Part shown: one piece after another, positions 11,265 through 21,797 of the stretch
Position numbering within the stretch: the first letter of the stretch is position 1
Layout of the letters: the number at the start of each line of letters is the position of its first letter
Assembly (NCBI GenBank): GCA_964291395.2
Contig: OZ219858.1
Span: forward strand, 864,001-928,000
Length of the DNA stretch: 64,000 nt
Source: Alphaproteobacteria bacterium
GTDB taxonomy: Bacteria; Pseudomonadota; Alphaproteobacteria; UBA2966
Direction: 5' to 3'
The notes under the pieces: generated by a model
Seen by the model: the letters and a program-made list of their open reading frames with translations, nothing else
Databases searched by the model: none
What the model was told of the DNA's origin: nothing
Position numbers and translations under genes: made by a program

Positions 11265-12146
11265 ATGATCGTCTCCGCCAGTTACCGCACGGATATACCG
11301 GCGTTTTACGGCGACTGGTTCATGAAGCGCCTCGCCGCCGGCAGGTGTCTGGTCACAAATCCATATGGTGGACCTCGATACGAGGTTTCGTTGACGGTCG
11401 ACGACGTCGATGGGTTCGTATTCTGGACACGAAACCCGGCCCCGTTCCTGCCCCATCTGGAACGCATTCGCGACCTCGGCTATCCGTTCGTGATCCAGTG
11501 CACCGTATTGGGCTACCCAGCGGCCGTCGACCGCTCCGTGCCCCTGGCCGATATCCAGATCGAGACCTTCCGGCGGCTCGCTTGCATCTATGGGCCCGGC
11601 GCTCTGGTTTGGCGTTATGACCCGGTGCTGCTGAGTTCGCTGACACCCCCCGCATTCCATCAGGACAACTTCGCGGGGCTCTGCCGGAAACTGGCCGGCT
11701 TGACCGACGAGGCCGTGATTTCCTTCGTCAATCCCTATCGCAAGTCCCGGCGGAACCTGGACGTGGCATCGCGAAAATACGGTTTCGACTGGTGGGAGGC
11801 CTCGGCGTCCGAGGCAACGGACTTGGCAAGAGAGTTCGGCCGGATTGCCGCCGCCGACGGTATGGAAGTCACCATCTGCTCGCAGCCGGATTTCCTGGTT
11901 CCATCGGTCCGCGCCGCCCGATGCATCGATGCCGAACGGCTGTCCCGAGTCGCAGGCTTCGACATCGAATCCCGGCAGAAGGGCAACAGACCGGGATGTC
12001 TTTGCCACGAGTCACGTGACATCGGCGCCTATGACACGTGTCCCCACGGTTGCGCGTACTGCTACGCCGTGAGCGACAGAGGCCAGGCAGTCAAGAGATT
12101 CACGCGGAGCGACCCGGACGCCGAAGTTCTGGGGACACCGATATAG
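11265..12146 (+). CDS. DUF1848-family protein (C-terminal CxxxCxxC motif)
   Basis: MIVSASYRTDIPAFY start, VFWTRN, WRYDP, GCLC..SRDIGAYDTCPHGCAYCYA. Confidence 0.88.
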   Translation: MIVSASYRTDIPAFYGDWFMKRLAAGRCLVTNPYGGPRYEVSLTVDDVDGFVFWTRNPAPFLPHLERIRDLGYPFVIQCTVLGYPAAVDRSVPLADIQIETFRRLACIYGPGALVWRYDPVLLSSLTPPAFHQDNFAGLCRKLAGLTDEAVISFVNPYRKSRRNLDVASRKYGFDWWEASASEATDLAREFGRIAAADGMEVTICSQPDFLVPSVRAARCIDAERLSRVAGFDIESRQKGNRPGCLCHESRDIGAYDTCPHGCAYCYAVSDRGQAVKRFTRSDPDAEVLGTPI

Positions 12147-12195
12147 TCCGATGTCGCAACGGCCCTACGGCCGTTACCGGGCCGTGGTATCGACT

Positions 12196-12918
12196 TTAGC
12201 CCCCGCTTTCCGCGTCGGGCTCGTCACCGGAACTCTCTTCCGCCACATCGGGAGGCGGCGGTTTCTTCGCAACCCCGACCATTGCGGGGCGCAACAGCCG
12301 TTCGCCAATGACATATCCGAGCTGTGCGACCTGGACGACCGTGCCCGGCTCCGCGTCGGGGCTTTCGACCTCGAACATGGCTTGGTGGAAGTTGTGGTCA
12401 AACTTTTCGCCGAGGGGGTCCACCTGCCGTATTCCGTGGCGGTCCATCGCGGTCTGCAGCTCCCGTTGCGTCAGCTCGACGCCTTGATACAGGGTTTCCA
12501 TGGCGTCGTTGCCCGCGCGCGCGTCCTCCGGCACGGCCTTGAGCGCCCGCGAGAGATTATCGCTGACGGTGAGGACGTCACGGGCGAAATTGGCGATCGC
12601 GTACTTGGCGGTGTCCTCCCTCTCCCGCCGTGCGCGGCGGCGCGTGTTCTCGACCTCGGCCAGTGCCCGCAGCAACTGATCTTTGAGGTCGCCGATCTGC
12701 TCTTGGGGTGACACCTCGGCTTCGGTCGCCTCTGTCTCGGCCTGCGCCTCGGGAGGCGGGTCCCCGTCCCCGGCGTCTGCGCTCTCGGGTTGGGCGGATG
12801 CATCCTCCGCGGCGCCTTCTTCAAGCTCTGCAGAGTCCTCTCCGCTCGCCTCGGTTTCCAGTTTCTTGTCGTTCAAGCGTTTGATCTCCATGTTGTCGTT
12901 CGCGACAGTCTCGTTCAT
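12196..12918 (-). CDS. grpE: Nucleotide exchange factor GrpE
   Basis: LRALAEVENTRRR, FDHNFHQAM, GY..GERLLRPAMVGV. Confidence 0.96.
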   Translation of the reverse strand: MNETVANDNMEIKRLNDKKLETEASGEDSAELEEGAAEDASAQPESADAGDGDPPPEAQAETEATEAEVSPQEQIGDLKDQLLRALAEVENTRRRARREREDTAKYAIANFARDVLTVSDNLSRALKAVPEDARAGNDAMETLYQGVELTQRELQTAMDRHGIRQVDPLGEKFDHNFHQAMFEVESPDAEPGTVVQVAQLGYVIGERLLRPAMVGVAKKPPPPDVAEESSGDEPDAESGG

Positions 12919-12940
12919 CGTTGAAGTCCGCTGCAACAGG

Positions 12941-13978
12941 TCAGCTCACGAGGGCTCCCACGACCTTTGCCGTGTAATCCACCATGGGAACGATGCGGGC
13001 GTAGTTGAGGCGTTTCGGGCCGATGACCCCGATCGCGCCGATCACCCTGTTGTGGGAGTTGCCGTACGGAGCGACAATCAGCGAACAGCCGGCCATGTTG
13101 AAGAGCTTGTTTTCCGCCCCGATGTAAATCTGGACACCCTCGCCACCTTCCGTGAGTTCGAGCAGGCGGATGACTTCTTTCTTGGTTTCCAGGGCATCGT
13201 AAAGCTCACGCACGCGCTCAAGGTCCTCGACCGCGCTGACATCCTCGAGCAGGCGCGCCTGTCCTCGAACGATGAGCGTCTCACGGCTGGAGTCCCCGCT
13301 CCATGTGGCGAGTCCCGCCTCCACGATCCGTGCCGTCAGCCCGTTGAGCTCGGTACGATCCGCCTCCAACTCCTCGGCAATGCCGACGCGAGCCTCGTCG
13401 AGGGTCCGGCCCAGCAGCCGCGCGCTCAGATAGTTCGAGGCCTCGACCAGCACCGAGGGCGGCAGGTCGGCTGGCGTCTCGATCACGCGGTTCTCCACGA
13501 GTCCGTCGTCGCTCACGAGAATGACCAACGCGCGTCCCGGCGAGAGGCTGACGAATTCGGCCTGTTTGAAGGCGGCATCCTTGCGTTTGGGTGCCACGAC
13601 CAGGCCCGTGTAATGGGAGAGGCCGGATAGAAGCTGTGTTGCCTCGGTCAGGACGTCCTCCGTCCCCCGTCCGGACGCGGCGCACCGCGCCTCGATGTCC
13701 GAGCGCTCCTGCTCGGTGAGGTTGCCGACTTCCAAGAGGCCGTCGACGAAAAACCGCAAACCCGCCTCCGTGGGCAGGCGGCCTGCGGAGGTATGCGGCG
13801 AAAACAGCAGGCCGAAGCGCTCCAGATCGGCCATCACGTGCCGGATCGAGGCCGGAGACAGCGTAATGGGCAGGCGGTTGGCGATCGTTTTCGATCCCAC
13901 CGGCTCACCGGTCTCCACATAGACTTCGACGATCTGGCGCAGGACCTCGCGGGAGCGTTGGCTAAGCTCCGTAATCAT
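12941..13978 (-). CDS. hrcA: Heat-inducible repressor HrcA
   Basis: YVETGEPVGS, PHTSAGRLPT, IGVIGPKRLNY. Confidence 0.97.
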   Translation of the reverse strand: MITELSQRSREVLRQIVEVYVETGEPVGSKTIANRLPITLSPASIRHVMADLERFGLLFSPHTSAGRLPTEAGLRFFVDGLLEVGNLTEQERSDIEARCAASGRGTEDVLTEATQLLSGLSHYTGLVVAPKRKDAAFKQAEFVSLSPGRALVILVSDDGLVENRVIETPADLPPSVLVEASNYLSARLLGRTLDEARVGIAEELEADRTELNGLTARIVEAGLATWSGDSSRETLIVRGQARLLEDVSAVEDLERVRELYDALETKKEVIRLLELTEGGEGVQIYIGAENKLFNMAGCSLIVAPYGNSHNRVIGAIGVIGPKRLNYARIVPMVDYTAKVVGALVS

Positions 13979-14184
13979 CTTCGTCACGAACCTCGGATGA
14001 AAGGCGGCATATGTGTTCGCCTCACGAGAAAATGAATGTAGTAATGGGGTTTCAGTCCGTCAACGCGCGGTGCGGGGTGCACGATCGATGACACCGCCGC
14101 CGCCGCTGGCGATATCTGATCGGCACGAACACGTGTTCACGGAGAGGCAACCTGTCCCAGTCGCACGATCCATGCGCGCTGTCG

Positions 14185-15561
14185 ATGACTGAGATGAGCC
14201 GGGCGCTCGCGTCGGGCGACCTGACCGCGCGAGCCCTGACCGAGGCACATCTCGAGCGTATCGAGCGTCTCCAACCGGCAATCAACTGCTTTATCGCGTG
14301 GGACGCAGCGGACGCACGTACCGCCGCAGCGCAATCGGATCGTGATAGGTCCGACGGGCGCCACCGGGGCGGGTTGCAGGGTATTCCACTCGCGCACAAG
14401 GATGTCTTTCGCCGGGCAAGCGTTCCAGTCACCTCAGGTATGCGCGTGCTCGACGCACCGGCAACCGATACGGCCACGGTGATCGATCGACTGGAACAGG
14501 CGGGTGCCGTCAATCTCGGCCGCCTCAACCTTGATGAATTTGCCGGCCTCGGGAACAACGAGCATTTCGGCCGTTGCATCAATCCGTGGAGTTCAAGGCA
14601 CATCAGCGGCGGATCCTCCAGTGGACCGGGGGCTGCGGTTGCCGCGCGGCTGGCCGGTGGTGCGCTCGGCTCCGATGCCGGCGGCTCGATACGCATGCCG
14701 GCGGCGATGTGCGGGGTTGTCGGACTCAAACCCACGTTCGGGCTGGTCAGTCGCTATGGCAATGTGCACACCACTTGGTCCGTCGACTGTCTGGGCCCGT
14801 TGACCCGTTCGGTAGAGGACTGCGCGCTGGTGCTTCAGGCGATCGCTGGCACGGATCCGGAAGATCCGACGACGGCAGAGGTTGAGATCCCGGATTACCG
14901 CCGAGCGCTCGTTGGCGACCTGCGGGGCGTCACCGTCGCTCGCGCCACGGGTTCCGTCTTCGCCGCCGTCGATGATGAGATTGCCGAGGCCATGGAGGCG
15001 GCACTGCGGGAGTTGAGAGACCTCGGGGCCCAGATCGTTGATGTCGTCGTCCCCGACGTGGAGCGCCTCAACGACCTCCAGCAGATACTGACCAAGGCCG
15101 AGCGCGCGACGATCTACAGCCGCGCGCTCAGGACTAGGCCCGACGAGGTTTCCTTCACCGCGCGCAGCGTTCTCTACGAAGGGTTCCTGATACCGGCCAC
15201 ACGCTATCTGGAAGCCCTGTCCCTTCGCGAAGTCCTGTTGCGCGATCACCTCGCCGCCGTTCACGCCGAAGCCGACGTGCTGTTCACACCCGTCATCGCA
15301 ACCCCGGTTCCCACTGTCGTCGAGATCGAAACCGCCGATGCGGACGAGTTGGAGCGAACGTTCACCGGGTCGGCCGGGTGCGTCCGTTTCGCCAGCTACC
15401 TGGGAATTCCGGGAATGTCGGTGCCTTGCGGGTTCACGAAGAATGGCTTGCCGACGGCCTTTCAGCTTCTCGGGCCACCATTCTCCGAAGATCTGCTGTT
15501 TCGCGTTGGCCATGCATACCAGCGGACGACGGATTGGCACCGTTCGGCGCCACCGCTGTGA
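14185..15561 (+). CDS. Amidase-signature (GatA/AtzE-like) amidase
   Basis: HKD, GGSSSG and GSDAGGSIRMPA catalytic-triad motifs. Confidence 0.9.
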   Translation: MTEMSRALASGDLTARALTEAHLERIERLQPAINCFIAWDAADARTAAAQSDRDRSDGRHRGGLQGIPLAHKDVFRRASVPVTSGMRVLDAPATDTATVIDRLEQAGAVNLGRLNLDEFAGLGNNEHFGRCINPWSSRHISGGSSSGPGAAVAARLAGGALGSDAGGSIRMPAAMCGVVGLKPTFGLVSRYGNVHTTWSVDCLGPLTRSVEDCALVLQAIAGTDPEDPTTAEVEIPDYRRALVGDLRGVTVARATGSVFAAVDDEIAEAMEAALRELRDLGAQIVDVVVPDVERLNDLQQILTKAERATIYSRALRTRPDEVSFTARSVLYEGFLIPATRYLEALSLREVLLRDHLAAVHAEADVLFTPVIATPVPTVVEIETADADELERTFTGSAGCVRFASYLGIPGMSVPCGFTKNGLPTAFQLLGPPFSEDLLFRVGHAYQRTTDWHRSAPPL

Positions 15562-15650
15562 CACCGCGGCGCTTCCGATCTGGACCGGCCATCGCCTAAT
15601 CTATAGAACCTCAGGCTCTGGTCACCTTGGGCAGATCGAGGGGGTGTGGC

Positions 15651-16373
15651 ATGCGTCCGTCCGGTCGCCGTGTGGACGAACTTCGGGAGGTGGTGCTCGA
15701 ACCCGGGTTCTCCAAATATGCCGAAGGATCGTGCATGGCGCGCTTTGGCGATACCCATGTCCTGTGCACCGCCAGCGTTGACGAGCGCGTGCCACCTTGG
15801 CTGCGCAACGCGGGTCGAGGCTGGATCACGGCGGAATACGGCATGTTGCCGCGCTCGACCCACGAGCGCACGGATCGGGAAGCGGCGCGTGGCCGTCAGG
15901 GGGGGAGAACGCTCGAGATCCAGAGACTGATCGGTCGCAGCCTGCGGGCGGTGTGCGACCTCACCGCCTTTGGCGAGCGTCAGATCAGAGTGGACTGCGA
16001 CGTCGTTCAAGCGGACGGCGGGACGCGCACCGCCGCGATTACCGGGGGTTTCGTGGCGCTGCACCGTGCATTCACGCGGATGAAGGCTGACGGAATCGTG
16101 ACGGCCAATCCGCTGTCGGATTACATCGCCGCCGTAAGCTGCGGCATCTTCAATGGGACACCGATCCTCGATCTCGACTATGCGGAGGACTCGAGCGCGG
16201 ATGCGGACTCCAATTTCGTGTTTACGGGCGTGGGTGCCATTGTGGAGATACAGGGCACGGCGGAAAAGAATCCATTCTCCGAGCAGCAGTTCCTTGAGCT
16301 TCTCGCCCTGGCGCGGGTGGGCTGTGGGCGGCTGGTTGAGTTGCAGCGCTCCGCGCTCCGCGGAGACACTTGA
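15651..16373 (+). CDS. rph: Ribonuclease PH
   Basis: [41 protein letters not shown]. Confidence 0.97.
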   Translation: MRPSGRRVDELREVVLEPGFSKYAEGSCMARFGDTHVLCTASVDERVPPWLRNAGRGWITAEYGMLPRSTHERTDREAARGRQGGRTLEIQRLIGRSLRAVCDLTAFGERQIRVDCDVVQADGGTRTAAITGGFVALHRAFTRMKADGIVTANPLSDYIAAVSCGIFNGTPILDLDYAEDSSADADSNFVFTGVGAIVEIQGTAEKNPFSEQQFLELLALARVGCGRLVELQRSALRGDT

Positions 16374-16996
16374 TTTCGGACTCTGGGGACTTGGCACGGA
16401 TCTTTCGCGACGAGCGGCTGGTGATCGCAAGCCACAACCCGGGCAAGGTTCGCGAAATCGCCGATCTGCTTCGCCCCTTCGACGTGGACGTTGTCTCGGT
16501 GGCTTCCCTCGGTCTGGACGAGCCGGAAGAGGACGGCCGATCCTTCAGCGAGAACGCCCGTATCAAGGCTTTGGCCGCGGTCGCCGCGGGCGGGATGCCC
16601 GCCCTCGCCGATGATTCCGGCTTGGTCGTACATGCGTTGAATGGCGAGCCCGGGATCCGTTCGGCGCGGTGGGCAGGGCCCGAAAAGAATTTCTCTCGTG
16701 CCATGGCCGAGGTGGAGCGCCGGCTGGTCCGGACGGACGGGGGCGACCGCACGGCGCACTTCGCGTCGGCCCTTTGTCTTGCTTGGCCCGATGGGCACGC
16801 CGAGGTGTTCGTCGGGCGTGTTGACGGCCGTCTCGTCTGGCCGCCGCGGGGGAATAACGGGTTCGGTTACGATCCCATGTTCGTGGCCGACGGGCGCCGG
16901 ATGACGTTCGGCGAGATGGATCCCCGGGACAAGCACGCCATCAGCCACCGGGCCGATGCTTTCCGCAAGCTCGTCAATGCCTGCTTCGATCGTTGA
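16370..16996 (+). CDS. rdgB: Non-canonical purine NTP pyrophosphatase
   Basis: ASHNPGK, ADDSGL, GFGYDP, SHR motifs; overlaps rph. Confidence 0.95.
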   Translation: MISDSGDLARIFRDERLVIASHNPGKVREIADLLRPFDVDVVSVASLGLDEPEEDGRSFSENARIKALAAVAAGGMPALADDSGLVVHALNGEPGIRSARWAGPEKNFSRAMAEVERRLVRTDGGDRTAHFASALCLAWPDGHAEVFVGRVDGRLVWPPRGNNGFGYDPMFVADGRRMTFGEMDPRDKHAISHRADAFRKLVNACFDR

Positions 16997-18194
16997 GTCG
17001 AGCCGTGAACATCAGGGGCGGTCCGCGGCCACCGCGGATCCGGAGTTCGCGGTCTATGTCCACTGGCCGTTCTGCGTGTCCAAGTGTCCTTACTGCGACT
17101 TCAACAGTCATGTCCGAGACGCGATCGACCAGGCGAGATGGAGTCGCGCTCTGGTCGCCGATCTCGGAAGCGCCCTGGACGAGGCCCCTGCGGGGGTCGT
17201 CCGACCCGTGGCGAGCGTGTTCTTCGGCGGCGGCACGCCGTCATTGATGGCGCCCGAGACGGTGGACAGCGTTCTCGGCGTTCTGTCGCGGCGCGGCCTC
17301 ATCGACGAAGGGTCGGAAGTGACGCTGGAAGCCAATCCCTCTTCGGCGGAAGCCGAACGGTTTGCCGACTACCGCGCCGCTGGGGTCAACCGTCTGTCCG
17401 TTGGGGTTCAGGCGCTCGACGACGAGGCGCTCCGTTTTCTCGGACGGACGCATGATGTCGCGGAGGCCATGGAAGCTGTCTCGGCCGCCCGCGAGGTGTT
17501 CGATCGCGTATCTTTCGACTTGATCTACGCCAGGGCGGGACAGACGCCCCAGTCTTGGCGCGGCGAACTCGAGCAGGTTCTGGCGCTTCGGCCAAGGCAC
17601 GTCTCCCTCTACCAACTGACGATCGAACGGGGAACGAGGTTCCACGAGGCGCACGCGCGCGGGGAACTCGTGCTGCCCGGGGAGGACGACGCGGCGCTGA
17701 TGTACGAGGAGACAGTGACCCGCTGCCGGGCCTCGGGCCTCGAAGCCTATGAGGTGTCGAATTTCGCGGCTCCGGGTGAGAAATGCCGGCATAACCTCGT
17801 CTATTGGCGATCGGGTGATTGGTTGGGGGTCGGTCCTGGCGCGCATGGCCGTCTGGGACAAGGGGAGGGCCGGACTGGGACCCGCCGATGGCGCAGCCCT
17901 GAAAAATGGTTGGGGGCCGTTGAAGGGTCGGGCTCGGGCCTCGAGGCGATGGAAGCACTTGATATGCCGACGCGCGCTGCTGAGGCACTGATGATGGGGC
18001 TTCGCCTGATGGAAGGCGTATCGGTTGAGCGTTTCGAGCGGATGGTCGGGCAGACCCCAGAGGATTACATAGGCTCCGACCGCCTACGGCGGCATGTCGG
18101 CGGCGGCTTTCTCGAGACCTCGCGGGAGGGCATGCGAACGACGCTTCGGGGTCGTGCCGTGCTTAACACGTTGCTCGCTGAACTCCTGCCTTAG
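16956..18194 (+). CDS. hemW: Radical SAM heme chaperone HemW (start uncertain)
   Basis: [31 protein letters not shown]. Confidence 0.93.
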   Translation: MLSASSSMPASIVESSREHQGRSAATADPEFAVYVHWPFCVSKCPYCDFNSHVRDAIDQARWSRALVADLGSALDEAPAGVVRPVASVFFGGGTPSLMAPETVDSVLGVLSRRGLIDEGSEVTLEANPSSAEAERFADYRAAGVNRLSVGVQALDDEALRFLGRTHDVAEAMEAVSAAREVFDRVSFDLIYARAGQTPQSWRGELEQVLALRPRHVSLYQLTIERGTRFHEAHARGELVLPGEDDAALMYEETVTRCRASGLEAYEVSNFAAPGEKCRHNLVYWRSGDWLGVGPGAHGRLGQGEGRTGTRRWRSPEKWLGAVEGSGSGLEAMEALDMPTRAAEALMMGLRLMEGVSVERFERMVGQTPEDYIGSDRLRRHVGGGFLETSREGMRTTLRGRAVLNTLLAELLP

Positions 18195-18232
18195 AGAGGT
18201 TTTCAGTTTGGTTCGAACCGCTGGCGCTCCTC
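18192..18232 (+). repeat. Degenerate copy A of the TAG-anchored palindromic repeat
   Basis: TAGAGAGGTTTTCAGTTTGGTTCGAACCGCT, starting at the hemW stop codon. Confidence 0.55.
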
Positions 18233-18242
18233 GTCGTTCGAC

Positions 18243-19745
18243 CTATGACGCGTCCGCCGACGTGAACGCGTCCGGCGCCTTGTCGATTACTTGAAATCCC
18301 TGCGGTCTGACTTCGATCACGGACAGCCCCCGCTCGGCAATGCCGTCGTTTCGGAAACGGAATATGCCGTCCGAACCGGCAAAGCCGCTCGGTTGGGTCA
18401 ATGCGGTCTCGGAGAAGTCCGGACCTGCCGCACCTTGCATGAGAACCGCGGCGAGGGCCGTCGCGTCATAAGCCAGACTGGCTATTCGGGGCGGCGTGTA
18501 GCCATGGAGTTTCTCGAAACGTTTCGCGAAAGCCGCAGCCGCTTCCGGTGGCGGACCAGCAAACCAGCCGCCGACCAATGCAGGCTCCCGGCCCAACATG
18601 GGTTCGTCCCAGAGCCCGGTTCCGAGGAATCTGATTTCGGCGGGGTCGACGTCGTAGAAGGGAAGAAGTGGAGCGATGGCGCGCAGGCGCGCGCCCCCAT
18701 CCGCCAGCATGACGGCTTGATAATCCAGGGAACCAGCCCCATTCCGACTCTCCAAACGCCGTAGCTCGGCGTTCGCCGTAGGGTCGTCCGTGTCCGCAAG
18801 GGCTTCGCGCTGCAAGTCTAGCGGATCGTGGCGCCGTTCATAGCCGGCCACGCGCCGCACCGGTTCGAAATAATCGTCAGCGTCCGGCAGATAGCGCTCG
18901 ACTCGGGCGACTCGTCCGCCGTTTTTCTGGATTGAACTTTCAAACGCGGCGACGACGGCCTCGCCATAGGCCGTTTCGGGAGCAAGTGCGGCGAACCGCC
19001 AAATGCCGCGTTTAGCAGCGAACTCGACCACCCGCTCGACCTGCTGGTCGGGCATGAACCCGAGAAGATAGACCCCATTCCCCGCGACGAGCCGGTCTGT
19101 GGAGAACGCAACAACGTTCAAGCCCCGCTCCCGCGCCGGTTCCGCCGCAGCGGCGACGGATGCACTGAACACCGGCCCGAGCATCAGTTGGACGCCTTCC
19201 CGCAGTACAGCGGTGGCGGCGGCCCGGGCGCCTTCGGGAGTTCCCTGCGTATCCCGGGGGAGGAGGGTGAGCCGGGTGTCACCGATCTCGAACAGAGCGA
19301 TCAACGCGGCGTCGAGCAGGGCTTGTCCGAGCGACTGCTCCGTCCCCGAAAGGGGCAACAAAAGTGCGACGCGGACGGGTCCCTCGCCATCCGCAGGTGG
19401 TGTCGATGCGACGGCCGGGGAGATCTCCGGCAGCGTTTCCGTGGCGACCGGCGGAACCGGTCGCACGGGAACGGGCTCCGAGGCCTCCCGCGAACGCTGG
19501 GTTGCATCGTCGTTTTTCGGGGGTGTCTCCGGGATGATCGTCTCTTTGCCGGCGAACTGCGTGTTGGGCAAGGGGGCCGGCATGGCTTCCGGGACCGAGC
19601 CGCTCCGGCCGGGGTCTAGCCAACCGGACGAGTGGGGAGGTAGTTTCGTCTCCGCGCACGCTGATATCGCGAGGGCGGCAACAACCCATGTCACGGCAAG
19701 GATCTGGCGGGCGAACGGGCGCCCGGGCGTCGGCGGTCGGCGCAA
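18243..19745 (-). CDS. Penicillin-binding protein activator (LpoA/YraM-like lipoprotein)
   Basis: Lipobox ISAC; VALLLPLSG, LGPVF, LGTGLWD, LAYDA, F.G.DG.FRF; divergent from rsmI. Confidence 0.87.
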   Translation of the reverse strand: MRRPPTPGRPFARQILAVTWVVAALAISACAETKLPPHSSGWLDPGRSGSVPEAMPAPLPNTQFAGKETIIPETPPKNDDATQRSREASEPVPVRPVPPVATETLPEISPAVASTPPADGEGPVRVALLLPLSGTEQSLGQALLDAALIALFEIGDTRLTLLPRDTQGTPEGARAAATAVLREGVQLMLGPVFSASVAAAAEPARERGLNVVAFSTDRLVAGNGVYLLGFMPDQQVERVVEFAAKRGIWRFAALAPETAYGEAVVAAFESSIQKNGGRVARVERYLPDADDYFEPVRRVAGYERRHDPLDLQREALADTDDPTANAELRRLESRNGAGSLDYQAVMLADGGARLRAIAPLLPFYDVDPAEIRFLGTGLWDEPMLGREPALVGGWFAGPPPEAAAAFAKRFEKLHGYTPPRIASLAYDATALAAVLMQGAAGPDFSETALTQPSGFAGSDGIFRFRNDGIAERGLSVIEVRPQGFQVIDKAPDAFTSADAS

Positions 19746-20701
19746 CCGAGAGCTCCTCCGCAGTCCCTTCCCCGGATCGCAAAAGTACCCGCCGCACGTC
19801 GGCGAGTAAACGGCCGAGGCAGGGGCCGTCCGGTTCGCCGGATGCGCCGTCCGGCTTGATCGTGACCGCGACGCCGATCGGCAATCTGGGCGACATAACC
19901 GTACGGGCGCTGGAAACCCTCGAGCGGGTGGATATCATCGCCTGCGAGGACACGCGCATCACCCGCCGTCTCCTGCGCCGCTACGATATCGACACGCCGA
20001 CACTCATCTACCACGAGCACAATGCCGAACGCGTTCGGCCGAGGCTCGTCGCCCGTCTGTTGGACGGAGACTCCATTGCCCTGACGTCGGACTCGGGAAC
20101 TCCCCTGATATCCGATCCCGGGTTCAAGCTGGTTCGTGCGGCCGTTGACGCGGGCATACCGGTGACGACGCTGCCTGGGCCGACGGCCATGATCGCGGCG
20201 CTGACCGTCGGCGGGCTGCCCACGGATCGGTTCATGTTTGCCGGGTTCCTGCCGAACCGGTCTGCCGCGCGCCGGCGGGCGCTGGAGAGGCTGCGTGCCC
20301 TCGACGCCACTCTCGTGTTTTACGAATCGCCTCGCCGCCTCGCCGGGACGCTGGCGGACATGGCCGAAACACTCGGATCGCGGGAGGCTGCCGTGGCACG
20401 CGAGCTGACTAAGCGATACGAAGAGGTCGTGCGCGGTCCCCTCGGTGATCTGGCGCGACGGGCCGCAAAGGTGCCGCCGCCGCGGGGCGAGATCGTGATC
20501 TTGGTTGGCCCGCCCACGGAATGGAAGTTCGGCGAACAGGCGTTGGACGACGCGCTGCGTCAGGCGCTGGCGCAATTCAGCTTACGCGATGCCGTCGACC
20601 AAGTCGTCGCGGATACGGGTATACCCCGCCGATGCATCTATCGGCGTGCGCTGGAGCTCGAGAAGCAGCGCACGGCTGTCACCGATGCGGACGGCCCATA
20701 G
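19688..20701 (+). CDS. rsmI: 16S rRNA C1402 2'-O-methyltransferase (start uncertain)
   Basis: ATPIGNLGDIT, CEDTR, SDSGTPLISDPG, YESPRR, ARELTK. Confidence 0.95.
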   Translation: MSRQGSGGRTGARASAVGATESSSAVPSPDRKSTRRTSASKRPRQGPSGSPDAPSGLIVTATPIGNLGDITVRALETLERVDIIACEDTRITRRLLRRYDIDTPTLIYHEHNAERVRPRLVARLLDGDSIALTSDSGTPLISDPGFKLVRAAVDAGIPVTTLPGPTAMIAALTVGGLPTDRFMFAGFLPNRSAARRRALERLRALDATLVFYESPRRLAGTLADMAETLGSREAAVARELTKRYEEVVRGPLGDLARRAAKVPPPRGEIVILVGPPTEWKFGEQALDDALRQALAQFSLRDAVDQVVADTGIPRRCIYRRALELEKQRTAVTDADGP

Positions 20702-21069
20702 TGCGACGGGACACGACGGCACGTCGCAGAAGGGAGCGGGCCGGCCGTCTCGCCGAATCGCTCTGCGCATTGCATCTGAGGCTCCGGGGATACGTCGTTC
20801 TTGCCAGACGATTCCGAGGCCCGGCCGGCGAGGTCGACATCGTCGCGCGCCGGGGAAGCACCGTCGTATTCGTCGAGATCAAACTGCGGCGCACTTTGGC
20901 CGATGCGCTCGAATCCCTTGGGCCGCGGCAGCGGCGTCGAATTGCCGCAACGGCCGAGGTCTTTCTCGCTTCCCGGCCCAAGCTGTCCGAGTTGGATGCG
21001 CGCTTCGACATCATGCTCGTGGTTCCGTGGCGGCTTCCCGTGCATATCGCCAACGCATGGCATATATAG
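20701..21069 (+). CDS. yraN: YraN-family putative nuclease
   Basis: G..AE, GEVDIVA, VFVEIK, RFD motifs; GTG overlaps the rsmI stop. Confidence 0.9.
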   Translation: MRRDTTARRRRERAGRLAESLCALHLRLRGYVVLARRFRGPAGEVDIVARRGSTVVFVEIKLRRTLADALESLGPRQRRRIAATAEVFLASRPKLSELDARFDIMLVVPWRLPVHIANAWHI

Positions 21070-21144
21070 TGTGCTCAGCGTAGGAGTGGGGCGCCGCCGG
21101 CTGCGACGATCGCGTTGCGGCTCGGTCACCTGGAGCAGAACGCC

Positions 21145-21762
21145 ATGACGCCGCGTAAATCTCACCGAACTTTGATCGCTCTTATCTCTCTCCTGGTAAT
21201 GTCGGTGCTGGGTGCCTGCTCTGGACCTGTCCTCCTTGCCGGCGGCGCGGCGGGCGCGGGAATTGTCGCCGCCCAGGAACGTTCGGTGGGCGCCGCGGTC
21301 GATGACACCGCCATCCAGCTGCAGATCAAGCACCATTTGTTTCAAGCGAGCGAAGATCTTTTCAGCCGGGTGGGTAGCGAGGTCCATGAGGGACGGGTCC
21401 TGCTGACCGGTGTCGTTCCCACTCCGGAGGACCGGGTCGAAGCGGTTCGGTTGGCTTGGCAGGCCAACGGCGTGCAGGAGGTCCTCAATGAAATTCAAGT
21501 CTCTGATCGGGACGGCATCATCGACTACTTCAAGGACGCGAAGATCACCGCTCAGCTGAGATTCCAGATGCTGCGCGACCGGGATGTTTCCGACATCAAC
21601 TTCTCCGTCGAGACGGTCAATGGAATCGTCTACCTCATGGGAATCGCGCGCACCGGGTTGGAGCTTGAGAAGATTACGACGCACGCGCGGAACATCGCCG
21701 GCGTGCAAAAGGTAATCAGCCACGTGCGTCTCAGCGGTGACCGACCTCGCGAGAAGAGCTGA
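21145..21762 (+). CDS. Dual-BON-domain lipoprotein (YraP/DolP-like)
   Basis: Lipobox LGAC; two BON repeats (GRVLLTG, GIVYLMG). Confidence 0.9.
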   Translation: MTPRKSHRTLIALISLLVMSVLGACSGPVLLAGGAAGAGIVAAQERSVGAAVDDTAIQLQIKHHLFQASEDLFSRVGSEVHEGRVLLTGVVPTPEDRVEAVRLAWQANGVQEVLNEIQVSDRDGIIDYFKDAKITAQLRFQMLRDRDVSDINFSVETVNGIVYLMGIARTGLELEKITTHARNIAGVQKVISHVRLSGDRPREKS

Positions 21763-21797
21763 CGTCCGGCCGACGTCGCGATGAGCGGACGAGACCA

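Noticed and set aside
11025-14184. CIRCE operator near dnaK or hrcA
   Set aside because: No TTAGCACTC-N9-GAGTGCTAA seen in either intergenic region
19688-19745. Head-to-head overlap of the lpoA-like gene and rsmI
   Set aside because: Most likely over-extended start calls; true starts cannot be fixed from sequence alone
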